DNA of 18,274 bases from positions 1 to 18,274 of the forward strand of contig JAYTHP010000033.1 in assembly GCA_043732485.1 (NCBI GenBank), read 5' to 3'. How positions within the stretch are numbered: position 1 is the stretch's first letter; every line of letters starts with the position of its first letter. The translations under genes were made by a program, and so were the position numbers. This DNA is from Oligoflexia bacterium. Its GTDB lineage: Bacteria > Bdellovibrionota > UBA1018. Positions 1 to 8,145 of this stretch are shown one piece after another. Below the pieces are notes generated by a model. It had not been told where the DNA came from and did not search any database. It was given only the letters and a program-made list of their open reading frames with translations.

Positions 1-837
1 AGGGACATCAAAATGCTCCAACTCACCCAGCGGTGTGAGCCCCTCCCTCAAAACGACTGCCAACTGTGCCCTAAACTCCGTCAGATCGACAGGCAACACC
101 ACAACATTTAAACTAATCTCAAACAACTCCTGGTCCTCTGCAAATTCAGGACCCACCAGCAGAAGATCAGTCCTATAAGTTTTATAACGACCTTGAGGGG
201 TGAGCACCCGGGCCAATTGTTGGCTGGTCTCTTTTAAAGACTCGCTCACCTTCGAAGCAAGAAGATCCAAGCCCAGAATGATCCGGCAACCTTCCGGCTG
301 CACAAGCTCATAGTGAGCTCCTTGCTCTTCTAAGAAGCGGGTAAAGTTTTCTCGACCAAAAAAAGCAATAAAGGTGGGGTTTTGCAATGGGTTAGGATCA
401 ACCGTATCCCAGGCCAGGTGCTGGTGTCTTTGTGCGGGCGGCAGGAGATGATCGGCCGCATCCACTGAATCGCCTGACTCCTCAACCCGCTCTAAGGGGT
501 GATTGCCACACCCCACTAAGAGCTGGTGCGATCTGCTTGGCCGCAACTGCAAGATGCCGTAGGTCTCAAACGTCTGCTTCAGGGTTTGAAATGGCAATTC
601 AATGCTAAGCCCCCTCAGCAGCTTGCGCCGCTCAACAACACGGACTTCACTTGTTACCTCAGCTGGCCCCGATCCGTGGAACAAGTCCGGATTAATTTGG
701 GCCACCCAGCCTTCAAACTCACCCCACTGAGCTTCACTCAGGTCCACCAAGTCCGCGCTCACAGCGCGCGAATGCAAGAAGGCCAGCCCAACCACGAACA
801 CTACCCCTAGACTGAAGACTGATTTTTTAAAATTCAT
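1..837 (-). CDS. Exported hypothetical protein with class I SAM-methyltransferase-like motifs (3' end runs off the window)
   Basis: Manual translation gives ATG at 837 and 279 stop-free codons to position 1: MNFKKSVFSLGVVFVVGLAFLHSRAVSA-DLVD...LLVGCGNHP...HQHLAWDTVDPNPLQNPTFIAFFG...RVLTPQGRY. The N-terminus looks like a signal peptide. It is missing from the ORF track because no stop lies in the window. Confidence 0.8.
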   Translation of the reverse strand, partial: MNFKKSVFSLGVVFVVGLAFLHSRAVSADLVDLSEAQWGEFEGWVAQINPDLFHGSGPAEVTSEVRVVERRKLLRGLSIELPFQTLKQTFETYGILQLRPSRSHQLLVGCGNHPLERVEESGDSVDAADHLLPPAQRHQHLAWDTVDPNPLQNPTFIAFFGRENFTRFLEEQGAHYELVQPEGCRIILGLDLLASKVSESLKETSQQLARVLTPQGRYKTYRTDLLLVGPEFAEDQELFEISLNVVVLPVDLTEFRAQLAVVLREGLTPLGELEHFDVP

Positions 838-843
838 GGGCGA

Positions 844-872
844 CTGGTACCAGAGAAATGGCTCGTTGTCAA
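844..872 (-). promoter_or_regulatory. Putative sigma-70 promoter of the first CDS, in a leaderless position
   Basis: Minus strand: TTGACA (872-867), 17 nt ending TGG, TACCAG (849-844), 6 nt, then ATG 837. No Shine-Dalgarno. Confidence 0.5.
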
Positions 873-951
873 CGCTAGAGTCCCACTCGCGCAGCCGCCC
901 TAGGCTCACACTGCTCGCTTCACAACGTGCCACACGCTGACCACTCACTGC

Positions 952-1014
952 GGAAAAGGCAAGTGCAGGGTGCGAAGGAGGTCACAGCACCCGCGCCTCT
1001 TGCTCTTGCTTTCC
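952..1014. other. Long imperfect intergenic stem-loop
   Basis: Nested complementary pairs GGAAA/TTTCC, GCAAG/CTTGC and GGGTGC/GCACCC around the loop GAAGGAGGTCACA. Confidence 0.4.
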
Positions 1015-1255
1015 CTGCGTTTCCCCCTGGCCCGCACACTCCCTTGCTAGCGATAGCAGACCGTCAAAAATCTGTCACCACAGCGCGGTGATTTTCATCG
1101 CTAATGAGCGCACATTCATGATCCACTGCTCTCACACGAAAACCGGGGCTTTACCTTCATCTCAAAAAATTTTGCTCTCAGGCGAGACTGGCCTTGGAAA
1201 AATCCGCAAATTACCGCTAGCTTCCGTTTTCCAGTTATGGGATTATCAAGTGACT

Positions 1256-1525
1256 ATGAATCACACCGACGCCAATGACGCCGCTATGGACCACGACATG
1301 AAAGAAGAGCTCGCGCGACTGCGCGCTGAGAATCAGGCCCTTAAAAAGAAAGACTCATCATCCATTTCCCTGAAAGTCAGCGAAAAAGGTGGAGTTTCGC
1401 TCTACGGGCTGGGTCGCTTTCCCGTGACTTTGTATAAGGAGCAGTGGGACAAGCTATTGGACCATGTTGAGGATATCCGTAGTTTTTTGAGAGAAAACCA
1501 CTCTCGCTTAAAGCTTAAGGACTAA
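1256..1525 (+). CDS. Small conserved hypothetical protein (N-terminal coiled coil plus KVSEKGGVSLYGLGRFPVTLYKEQW motif)
   Basis: C-terminal part of ORF 1088..1525. I recognise the EELARLRAENQALK...SEKGGVSxYGLGRFPVTLYKEQW pattern from about 75-90 aa uncharacterised bacterial proteins. Likely start is ATG 1256, 1286 or 1298. Confidence 0.8.
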   Translation: MNHTDANDAAMDHDMKEELARLRAENQALKKKDSSSISLKVSEKGGVSLYGLGRFPVTLYKEQWDKLLDHVEDIRSFLRENHSRLKLKD

Positions 1526-1664
1526 CGATTTAGGCTCCCCCCCTCAGCCCAAGGCGCCTGAGTCCCGAGGCTTGCCTATTGCAAGACCACTCACTGATCA
1601 CCCTCAGGCTTGCTTGGACACTCGAGCTGGGCCATGCAAGCTGCTAAGACTAGGAGTTAAGTCC

Positions 1665-2300
1665 ATGCGAGTTGCCCAAAAAATTGTTTTAGCCTCTACG
1701 AATCGCGCTAAACTCAATGAATTTCAGGAACTTTTTAAGAAACTAGCGCCAGAAATTTCGCTGGTCCCCGCTCACGAGTTGCTGAAAAACCCAGAAAAGC
1801 TGCAAGCGGTGGAGAACTCTGACAATTACCTTGATCACGCCATTGCCAAGGCACGCCTGGTCAATCACGGCTGCCATTACCCTTCTTTAGGGGATGATTC
1901 TGGGCTGGAAGTCATGGCCTTAGACGGTCAGCCCGGCGTGTTCAGTCATCGCTATGCGCCTGACCCCAAGGGCGTCTCACAAAACACCGCCAACCGTGCT
2001 TTGGTGTTATTTAAAATGAAAAATCAGGTCAATCGCCAGGCCCGCTTGATTTGTACGCTAGCACTTGTGATGGAAGGGCTGATGCTCTATACCACAGGCA
2101 TCCTGGAGGGTACCTTAAGTGAGAGCCCGCAAGGAGCGATGGGCTTTGGCTACGACTCAATCTTTATCCCGGCAGGCTCGAAACTCACCCTGGCTGAGTA
2201 CACGCTTGAGGAAAAAAATAACCTTTCGCACCGCTTTCAGGCGCTGCAATCTTTGCTCTTTAAGTTGAAACAATTGAACGTGACACTGGCCAAACCCTGA
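1665..2300 (+). CDS. rdgB: Non-canonical purine NTP (dITP/XTP) pyrophosphatase, Ham1 family
   Basis: Motifs ASTNRAKLNEF, GDDSGL, PGVFSHRYA, GFGYDSIF and KNNLSHR. AGGAG at 1652-1656 precedes ATG 1665. Confidence 0.92.
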   Translation: MRVAQKIVLASTNRAKLNEFQELFKKLAPEISLVPAHELLKNPEKLQAVENSDNYLDHAIAKARLVNHGCHYPSLGDDSGLEVMALDGQPGVFSHRYAPDPKGVSQNTANRALVLFKMKNQVNRQARLICTLALVMEGLMLYTTGILEGTLSESPQGAMGFGYDSIFIPAGSKLTLAEYTLEEKNNLSHRFQALQSLLFKLKQLNVTLAKP

Positions 2301-2316
2301 AGTCACAAGCCCAAGC

Positions 2317-3063
2317 TTACGGCTGATGTTGGCTACTACCCCCGTCACAGCCTCCCGTGCTTGCGCGCGCCAGACTACTTGAGTAATAGAGCCACTTGAA
2401 GTACTCGAGCATGCTCACGCGCACCCCGTTCCAGTCCCTGCGCCACTGACCGGGTAAAAAAGGCGCCTGACGCACGCTGAGCGTCTCAATCACCAGTGGA
2501 TAGTGACATTTCTTAAAAAACTCCGTTAAAATCCACTGGGCTCTACGCATGTGGTAGGAGGAGGTCATCAGCAAGATCCTCTTCCACTGCTTTTGCCGAC
2601 CCAACTTTTGCAACCACTGGGCGTTAGACTCCGTGTTGTTGCTCTCTTTTTCAATCACGAGCTTGGTGAGCGGGATGAATCGGGCAATCTCCGGCCGAAT
2701 TTGCTTGAGCAAAGTGGCTGCCTTCACCTGCTGCCCGGTACCGGAAAAATACAGCACTGGCGTTTGCTCCACCACCCCGCCTGCCTGCTGCAAATAGCGG
2801 CCCCAGGTCTCACCCGCCGCCGTGACTCGCCCCCGACCACCTGCTAAACAAACAATGGCATCCACCGGAGGGTAGACCGCATTTTGCACCGAATCCTGGT
2901 AATCATACAAGCGCCCTGCATCAATGAATGCCGCGAAGAAGAACGCGCAAAGCGCGAAAAAAACCAGACCTACCGCCGCAAGACCCTTACCACCCGCACG
3001 CAAGCGCGAAGTCTGCGAAGTTGAAGCAACAGGAGGTGAGTGTTTGATCGCTTGTTTTGCCAT
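2317..3063 (-). CDS. YdcF/ElyC/SanA-family (DUF218) membrane-anchored protein
   Basis: N-terminal TM helix, then DAIVCLAGGRGR, EKESNNTESNA and LLMTSSYHMRRA motifs and a C-terminal EYFKWLYY. Confidence 0.88.
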   Translation of the reverse strand: MAKQAIKHSPPVASTSQTSRLRAGGKGLAAVGLVFFALCAFFFAAFIDAGRLYDYQDSVQNAVYPPVDAIVCLAGGRGRVTAAGETWGRYLQQAGGVVEQTPVLYFSGTGQQVKAATLLKQIRPEIARFIPLTKLVIEKESNNTESNAQWLQKLGRQKQWKRILLMTSSYHMRRAQWILTEFFKKCHYPLVIETLSVRQAPFLPGQWRRDWNGVRVSMLEYFKWLYYSSSLARASTGGCDGGSSQHQP

Positions 3064-3334
3064 AGTACTCTTGTTTCTGTTAGATCAGACCCGGGGTTTT
3101 TGCTGCTCTCCTGCCCACTTGCGGCTCAGCTTCACTGCCTTGCACTGTCCACTGCGCCCCGGTGCGCTCTTTTTGTGCGAGTGAGCCCCCAACCTAGTCT
3201 CTCATGGCTTTCTCAGAAAATCTGCTCAAAACGCTAACCTTTTTCCTCAGCCCCACCCCCTGTGCCTCGGCCCATGGCTTTAAGCCCCCCACCGCCTTCC
3301 GCCCCCTCTTCCTTCTTTTTTCGCAAAATAACGC

Positions 3335-3363
3335 TTGCTAAGAAAGAATTTTCGGTTTATTTT
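3335..3363 (+). promoter_or_regulatory. Putative sigma-70 promoter of rpmB
   Basis: TTGCTA (3335-3340), 17 nt, TATTTT (3358-3363). A GAGAGGA RBS precedes ATG 3398. Confidence 0.5.
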
Positions 3364-3397
3364 CAGGATCAATTTCAAAAATTGAGAGGATTTAACC

Positions 3398-3631
3398 ATG
3401 GCTCGTATCTGTGATTATTGCGATAAACATCCTGTAAGCGGTAACTTGATTTCCCATTCGAACATCAAAACGAGAACCCGTTGGTTGCCTAACATCCAGA
3501 AAATGAAGGCCGTCCTGAACGGCACCACGCAAACCGTGCGCGTTTGTACCCGCTGCATTCGCTCGGGCAAGATCGTACGACCCGTTAAGAGAGTCTACGT
3601 CCCAGGCACGGAAGCAAAGTCAGCCTCCTAA
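3398..3631 (+). CDS. rpmB: 50S ribosomal protein L28 (zinc-ribbon, two CxxC)
   Basis: MARICDYCDK..GNLISHSNIKTRTRWLPNIQ...VCTRCIRSGKI, with a good RBS. Confidence 0.97.
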   Translation: MARICDYCDKHPVSGNLISHSNIKTRTRWLPNIQKMKAVLNGTTQTVRVCTRCIRSGKIVRPVKRVYVPGTEAKSAS

Positions 3632-3698
3632 AGTCTCACCCTCGCTTTTTACCCCCTAGCCTTTTGACCACTTTTCGGTCACGACTTTTGTTCACGAA

Positions 3699-3728
3699 TT
3701 GATGCAAGAATTCTTCGGTGTCTAGAAT
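3699..3728 (+). promoter_or_regulatory. Putative orphan sigma-70 promoter
   Basis: TTGATG (3699-3704), 18 nt, TAGAAT (3723-3728). No credible + strand CDS follows. Confidence 0.4.
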
Positions 3729-4159
3729 CGAGGGGTCCAAGGCTCAATTTTACCTCAAAAATCGTTCAGTTTTCGCGCCCAGTACCCCCTCATATTGAGA
3801 GAAGAGCAGGCAACCAGGGCCACACCGGCCCTTAAAAGCATGGGGTAACGTTTACCCTTGCGCTTGAGAGCTTGCCTGAGAGTTTAAAGAACAACCCCGC
3901 TCTGGAGGCTCCCTGAGCTAGTTTTTGCGTCCAGGAGCGGAGACGATCGAGCACAAGTCCCGTCATTTGCAACCCATCAAGCTTCCTTGAAGGTGGAGTC
4001 GGAAGAAGAGGGGCTGCCAAAAATACGATTTTTCAGCGATCGTCTAAGGCTGCACCACCTGATGTCTTTTTTACCTTTCAATCAACCCTCAGAAAGCTAG
4101 TTCGACTGAACGAAGCGTTAAGTTCATGATTTTCTTCGCCTAAAAAAAGTCGCAAACCC

Positions 4160-4240
4160 AAAAAGCACGAGGTCTTGAGGGTGGCTGATGATTACCTACA
4201 GCCCCCAAGACCCCGACTCACGTCACAAGACGTGCTTTTT
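4160..4240. terminator. Large hairpin, probable (bidirectional) terminator downstream of maeB
   Basis: AAAAAGCACG (4160-4169) pairs with CGTGCTTTTT (4231-4240), with inner GGTCTTG/CAAGACC and GGCTG/CAGCC stems. There is a T-run at the 3' end on both strands, and it lies 18 nt beyond the maeB stop. Confidence 0.55.
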
Positions 4241-4258
4241 AGCTCTTTTCCCGCCAGC

Positions 4259-6565
4259 TCAGTTTCCTGGGTTTTGACGCTGCTGCAAGCGGGACTTTCT
4301 GACTTGAATGTCCATCGCCGTGATGGCCGCCATGTTGACGATATCATTGACGTCGGAGTTTTGCTGCAAGGCCAAGACCGGCTTATTCATACCGACCAAG
4401 ATTGGACCGATCGCCTCTGCGGCACCTAAGCGTGACAGCAGCTTGTAGGCAATGTTGCCAGACTGCAAATCCGGAAAAATCAGGACGTTGGCGTTACCAG
4501 GCACCTGATTGAAGGGAAAACTTTCCGCCGACAACTCCGGCCTGAGCGCCGTGTCAGCCTGCATCTCACCATCGACCACAAACTCCGGATGCTGCTGCTT
4601 GATCATCAAGGTTGCTTGGGCCACCAATTGCGCTAACGGATGACGGTTGGAGCCGAAGTTAGAAAAGGACAGCATCGCAATGCGCGGCTCCTCACCCATG
4701 AAACTCTGGGCAAGCAAGGCCGTCTGGATCGCAATATCAGCCAGCTCTTGCGCATTAGGCTGAATGTTCACCGTGGTATCGGCAAACCATAAGACTTTTC
4801 GCTTCAGCACCATCAAGTAAATGCCCGCAAGCTTCGAGCCAGGCTTCACCCCGATCACCTCAATGGCAGGTAGCAGGGTCTCAGGATAACTCTGCGAGGT
4901 GCCGTTTAAGAGACCATCGGCATGACCTAACTCCACCATCATCGCGCCAAAGTAATTATTTTGCTTCATCAAATGCTCAGCGCGCGACAAGGTTACCCCT
5001 TTGCGCTGCCGCTTTTGAAAGAAATGCTGAGCAAACAAGCTCAAGTGCTCACTATGGGCAGGCTTAATCACTTTCACCCCGCGCAAGCTGCTTTCTAAGC
5101 CTAATTCCACAATCAGTTCCGCCACCCGCTTCTCATCACCCAACAAAATCGTCTCAGCAATGCCCTCTTCGCGAATCGCATGCGCCGCCTTCAAGACGCG
5201 CGGACTTTCGCCTTCCGGAAACACCAAAATCGCCTTTTTATTGGAGTCGCTCGCACCGTTTTTTACACGGTTTTTGATCCCGCGCATCACCGTGTAGGTC
5301 GAGCCCAAGAGGGTTTCTAAATTATCGCGGTACGAGTGCAAATCGAGTTGTTTTTTTGCCACGCCCGACTTCATCGCCGCTTCCGCCACCGCAGGCGCCA
5401 CCCACAACAAGACCCGGTGATCAAACGGCTTAGGGATCAAATAATCGCGACCAAACTTAAACCCCTGCCCACCGTAAGCGCGAGACACACTCTCTGGCAC
5501 ATCTTGCTTGGCCAGAGCTGCCAAGGCCTTGACGGCTGCCATCTTCATTTCTTCATTGATCGCCGTGGCCATGGTATCTAACGCCCCCCGAAAAATGAAC
5601 GGGAAGCCCAAGACGTTGTTCACTTGATTGGGGTAATCCGAGCGACCGGTGGCCATAATCGCATCCGAGCGCACCGCAAACACCGCATCCGGTAAAATCT
5701 CCGGATCAGGATTCGCCATCGCAAAGATAATCGGATCGCGCGCCATTTTAGCAATCATCTGCGCCGTGATTCCGTCTTTGACCGAAACCCCGACAAAAGC
5801 ATCCGCGCCCACCAGCGCGTCCGCAATCGTGCGACACTCCGTAACTGCCGCATAACGCTCCTTATAGGGATTCATCCCCGCCGTGCGCCCCTTGTAAATC
5901 ACACCCTTGGAGTCGGCCATCAAGATGTGCTCGCGCTTGACCCCTAAATTCAAATAAAGATTGGCGCAAGCAATCGCCGCGGCCCCACCGCCGCAAAACA
6001 CCACCTTCACCTCTTCAATTTTTTTATCAACGATTTCCAAGGCATTCAAAAAAGCCGCACCACTAATCACCGCAGTGCCGTGCTGATCGTCATGAAACAC
6101 CGGAATTTTTAAGCGTTTTTTCAGCTCCTCTTCAATATAGAAGCACTCAGGCGCCTTAATGTCCTCAAGATTAATCCCACCAAAGGTCGGCTCTAACATC
6201 TCACAAGCGCGAATCACGTCATCGGGATTCTTGGCATTCAACTCAATATCGAAGCCATCGATGTCGGCAAATTTCTTGAATAAAACCACCTTACCTTCCA
6301 TCACAGGCTTGGCAGCCAGCGGACCAATATCCCCTAAACCCAGCACGGCGGTTCCATTGGACACCACCCCGATTAGGTTGCCTTTGGCGGTATACTGATA
6401 GACCTGATCTTGATCTTCCGCGATCATGCGACAAGGCTCGGCAACTCCTGGGGAGTAGGCAAGCGACAAGTCGTGTTGGGTAGCCACGGGTTTGGAGCAA
6501 ATCACTTCTAATTTGCCTTTACGACCGCGTGAATGGTATTCCAGCGCCTCTTTATAAATTGTCAT
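4259..6565 (-). CDS. maeB: NADP-dependent malic enzyme with C-terminal phosphotransacetylase-like domain
   Basis: [71 protein letters not shown], then a PTA domain (VFPEGE, DGEMQAD, GNIAYKL). 768 aa. Confidence 0.97.
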   Translation of the reverse strand: MTIYKEALEYHSRGRKGKLEVICSKPVATQHDLSLAYSPGVAEPCRMIAEDQDQVYQYTAKGNLIGVVSNGTAVLGLGDIGPLAAKPVMEGKVVLFKKFADIDGFDIELNAKNPDDVIRACEMLEPTFGGINLEDIKAPECFYIEEELKKRLKIPVFHDDQHGTAVISGAAFLNALEIVDKKIEEVKVVFCGGGAAAIACANLYLNLGVKREHILMADSKGVIYKGRTAGMNPYKERYAAVTECRTIADALVGADAFVGVSVKDGITAQMIAKMARDPIIFAMANPDPEILPDAVFAVRSDAIMATGRSDYPNQVNNVLGFPFIFRGALDTMATAINEEMKMAAVKALAALAKQDVPESVSRAYGGQGFKFGRDYLIPKPFDHRVLLWVAPAVAEAAMKSGVAKKQLDLHSYRDNLETLLGSTYTVMRGIKNRVKNGASDSNKKAILVFPEGESPRVLKAAHAIREEGIAETILLGDEKRVAELIVELGLESSLRGVKVIKPAHSEHLSLFAQHFFQKRQRKGVTLSRAEHLMKQNNYFGAMMVELGHADGLLNGTSQSYPETLLPAIEVIGVKPGSKLAGIYLMVLKRKVLWFADTTVNIQPNAQELADIAIQTALLAQSFMGEEPRIAMLSFSNFGSNRHPLAQLVAQATLMIKQQHPEFVVDGEMQADTALRPELSAESFPFNQVPGNANVLIFPDLQSGNIAYKLLSRLGAAEAIGPILVGMNKPVLALQQNSDVNDIVNMAAITAMDIQVRKSRLQQRQNPGN

Positions 6566-6572
6566 AGCTCTT

Positions 6573-6602
6573 TCAGTACACCTGAGTTGGCCCGGATTGC
6601 AA
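6573..6602 (-). promoter_or_regulatory. Putative maeB promoter in a leaderless position
   Basis: Minus strand: TTGCAA (6602-6597), 18 nt, TACTGA (6578-6573), 7 nt, then ATG 6565. Confidence 0.35.
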
Positions 6603-6649
6603 CCAACTGCCCCACAATTTTTGCTCCTTCTCGTCCTTTCTTGCTCTTC

Positions 6650-8041
6650 ATGCGCGGTTATGGCAGATTTTTGAGAGTGATAGCTTCCCCCGCGCGCCGT
6701 AAAAAGCCTTTATTTTGCCTCTCCCGCCCGCAACGAACGCGCCTCTGGCCGACTCTCTGGCTCCTACTAACGCTTTTTTCCCCCCACCGCGGGCTGGCTG
6801 ATTTTTTTACCCATCATTGGGAAAACCATTTTCAAGACGAACACCAGACCAGCTTTCGGCTTGAAGGCAAGCGGGCGCTCTCCACTGCCAACTTTGATGC
6901 AAGCGGCAACCCCGCGCTCCCTACCGGCTTTGCCTCCTACGCCCGCACGCTGGCTGAGCTCACCGTACGAACGGGACTCACCCAGCAGCTGTCCGTTTGG
7001 GGGCGACTCAGCTGGACAGCGCAGTCTTTTCTTAGCCAGACGTCCGCCACCGGTCCCCCCACCCAGAGCTTTGGCTTAGGCGATCAGTCGTTCGGGATCC
7101 ATTTTCGCCTGGTGAACACCCTGTTGAGCCCGAAAAGCTCACTGTCCCAGACCCAAACCCACCCGCTGACGCTCGATCTCGCGTTACAAGCCGATTTTCC
7201 GGCCTACCAGAACCCTTACCCAAGCTCGGGTACTTTTTTCCCTGGGACTTCCTCCAACGCCACCCCCCCGCTGCTGCAAGGCGATCAAAGCGTCGACGTC
7301 ACCTTTGGCGGGTTTGCAAGCTGGGGGTTCTACCAAACACTGGAAGGCAAATGGACGCTCAGCCTGGGAAGCGGCGTCACTCGCCGTAGCTTGGGTTACT
7401 CGGCTGCCATCCCAAGCTCCCTGATTTTGGCTTACCAGCCGCAGTTCCAGGGCTTTAGTTTGCAAGTCCTCGCGTTTTCGCTGCTCTCCCTGAAAACGGA
7501 TCCCCGTACCGTCTTACCGCAGCCTAGCCAAAATGCTGGCAGTTTTTTTACAGGCGCTATCAACCCCTCGCTCCTGCAAGCTGCGCTGCAGTTAGGGTAT
7601 CAACTGACACCGCAACTGGAATTTTTTGCCCGCGTCAGCGAAACCTTCTGGGGGCAAGACGTCCCCAGCGGCTGGATGCTGGGCGGCGGCGTGCTTTTGC
7701 GCCTGGGCCCCAAAACCCTGCCACCCGAAAGCGCGCTCAACCCCTACCACTACGGCAAACCCAATCAAGGATTTGTCAACTATTCGTTAGAAGCAAAAAT
7801 TATTGCCACCAACGATCGTTTGAGCCTTGTCAAGTTGAATAAAGGAAGTCAAGATGGAATAGAGGTCGGGCAATTTTTTGATTTATTCGCTGGCAACACC
7901 ACCGAGCAATCAGAAAAATCGGTGGCTCGCGGTGAGGTCGTCGCAGTGCGAGCGACTACCACGGTGATCAAAATCACTGAGTATTTTGAAAGCACCCCGC
8001 TTGAAGCCGACTTTGTTGCTAGACGGCTCGTGGCGCACTAA
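6650..8041 (+). CDS. Outer-membrane beta-barrel protein (COG4313/MetA-pathway-like) with an extra C-terminal beta domain
   Basis: Signal peptide ending ..HRGLA-DFF and alternating amphipathic strands. The GLGDQSFGIHFRL...LALQADFP...GDQSVDVTFG pattern resembles COG4313. C-terminal LVKLNKGSQDGIEVGQFFDLF domain. Start is ATG 6650 or GTG 6677; the track start at 6533 overlaps maeB. Confidence 0.6.
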   Translation: MRGYGRFLRVIASPARRKKPLFCLSRPQRTRLWPTLWLLLTLFSPHRGLADFFTHHWENHFQDEHQTSFRLEGKRALSTANFDASGNPALPTGFASYARTLAELTVRTGLTQQLSVWGRLSWTAQSFLSQTSATGPPTQSFGLGDQSFGIHFRLVNTLLSPKSSLSQTQTHPLTLDLALQADFPAYQNPYPSSGTFFPGTSSNATPPLLQGDQSVDVTFGGFASWGFYQTLEGKWTLSLGSGVTRRSLGYSAAIPSSLILAYQPQFQGFSLQVLAFSLLSLKTDPRTVLPQPSQNAGSFFTGAINPSLLQAALQLGYQLTPQLEFFARVSETFWGQDVPSGWMLGGGVLLRLGPKTLPPESALNPYHYGKPNQGFVNYSLEAKIIATNDRLSLVKLNKGSQDGIEVGQFFDLFAGNTTEQSEKSVARGEVVAVRATTTVIKITEYFESTPLEADFVARRLVAH

Positions 8042-8145
8042 AGCGCGTGGTTTGCATGAGTTGCCCCTGAGTTTTTAACGAGGTTAGACGAGAAAAGCTT
8101 CTCAACGCCCCAAGCTCCCCCCATGAAAGGATATCACCACCCCCT

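Noticed and set aside
526..810. 94-aa + strand ORF
   Set aside because: It is antisense to the longer minus-strand CDS 1..837, which has a signal peptide and a promoter.
1088..1255. N-terminal extension of ORF 1088..1525
   Set aside because: It lies outside the recognisable conserved part and has no RBS, so it is likely intergenic.
2157..3237. ORFs 2157..2348, 2551..2847, 2924..3184 and 3040..3237
   Set aside because: They are shadow ORFs overlapping rdgB or the YdcF gene, with no motifs.
3832..4020. 62-aa minus-strand ORF
   Set aside because: It has a TTG start, no RBS and no recognisable motif, so it is not supported as a gene.
3730..4030. tmRNA, 6S, SRP, hammerhead or riboswitch identity for the structured gap
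   Set aside because: Diagnostic sequences were not found; CTGAGAG does not complete a hammerhead core and GGGGCTG is not followed by tmRNA features.
4175..7465. Short ORFs inside or opposite maeB and the barrel gene, and the 6533 start
   Set aside because: They are antisense or out-of-frame shadows; the 6533 start would overlap the maeB start head-to-head.
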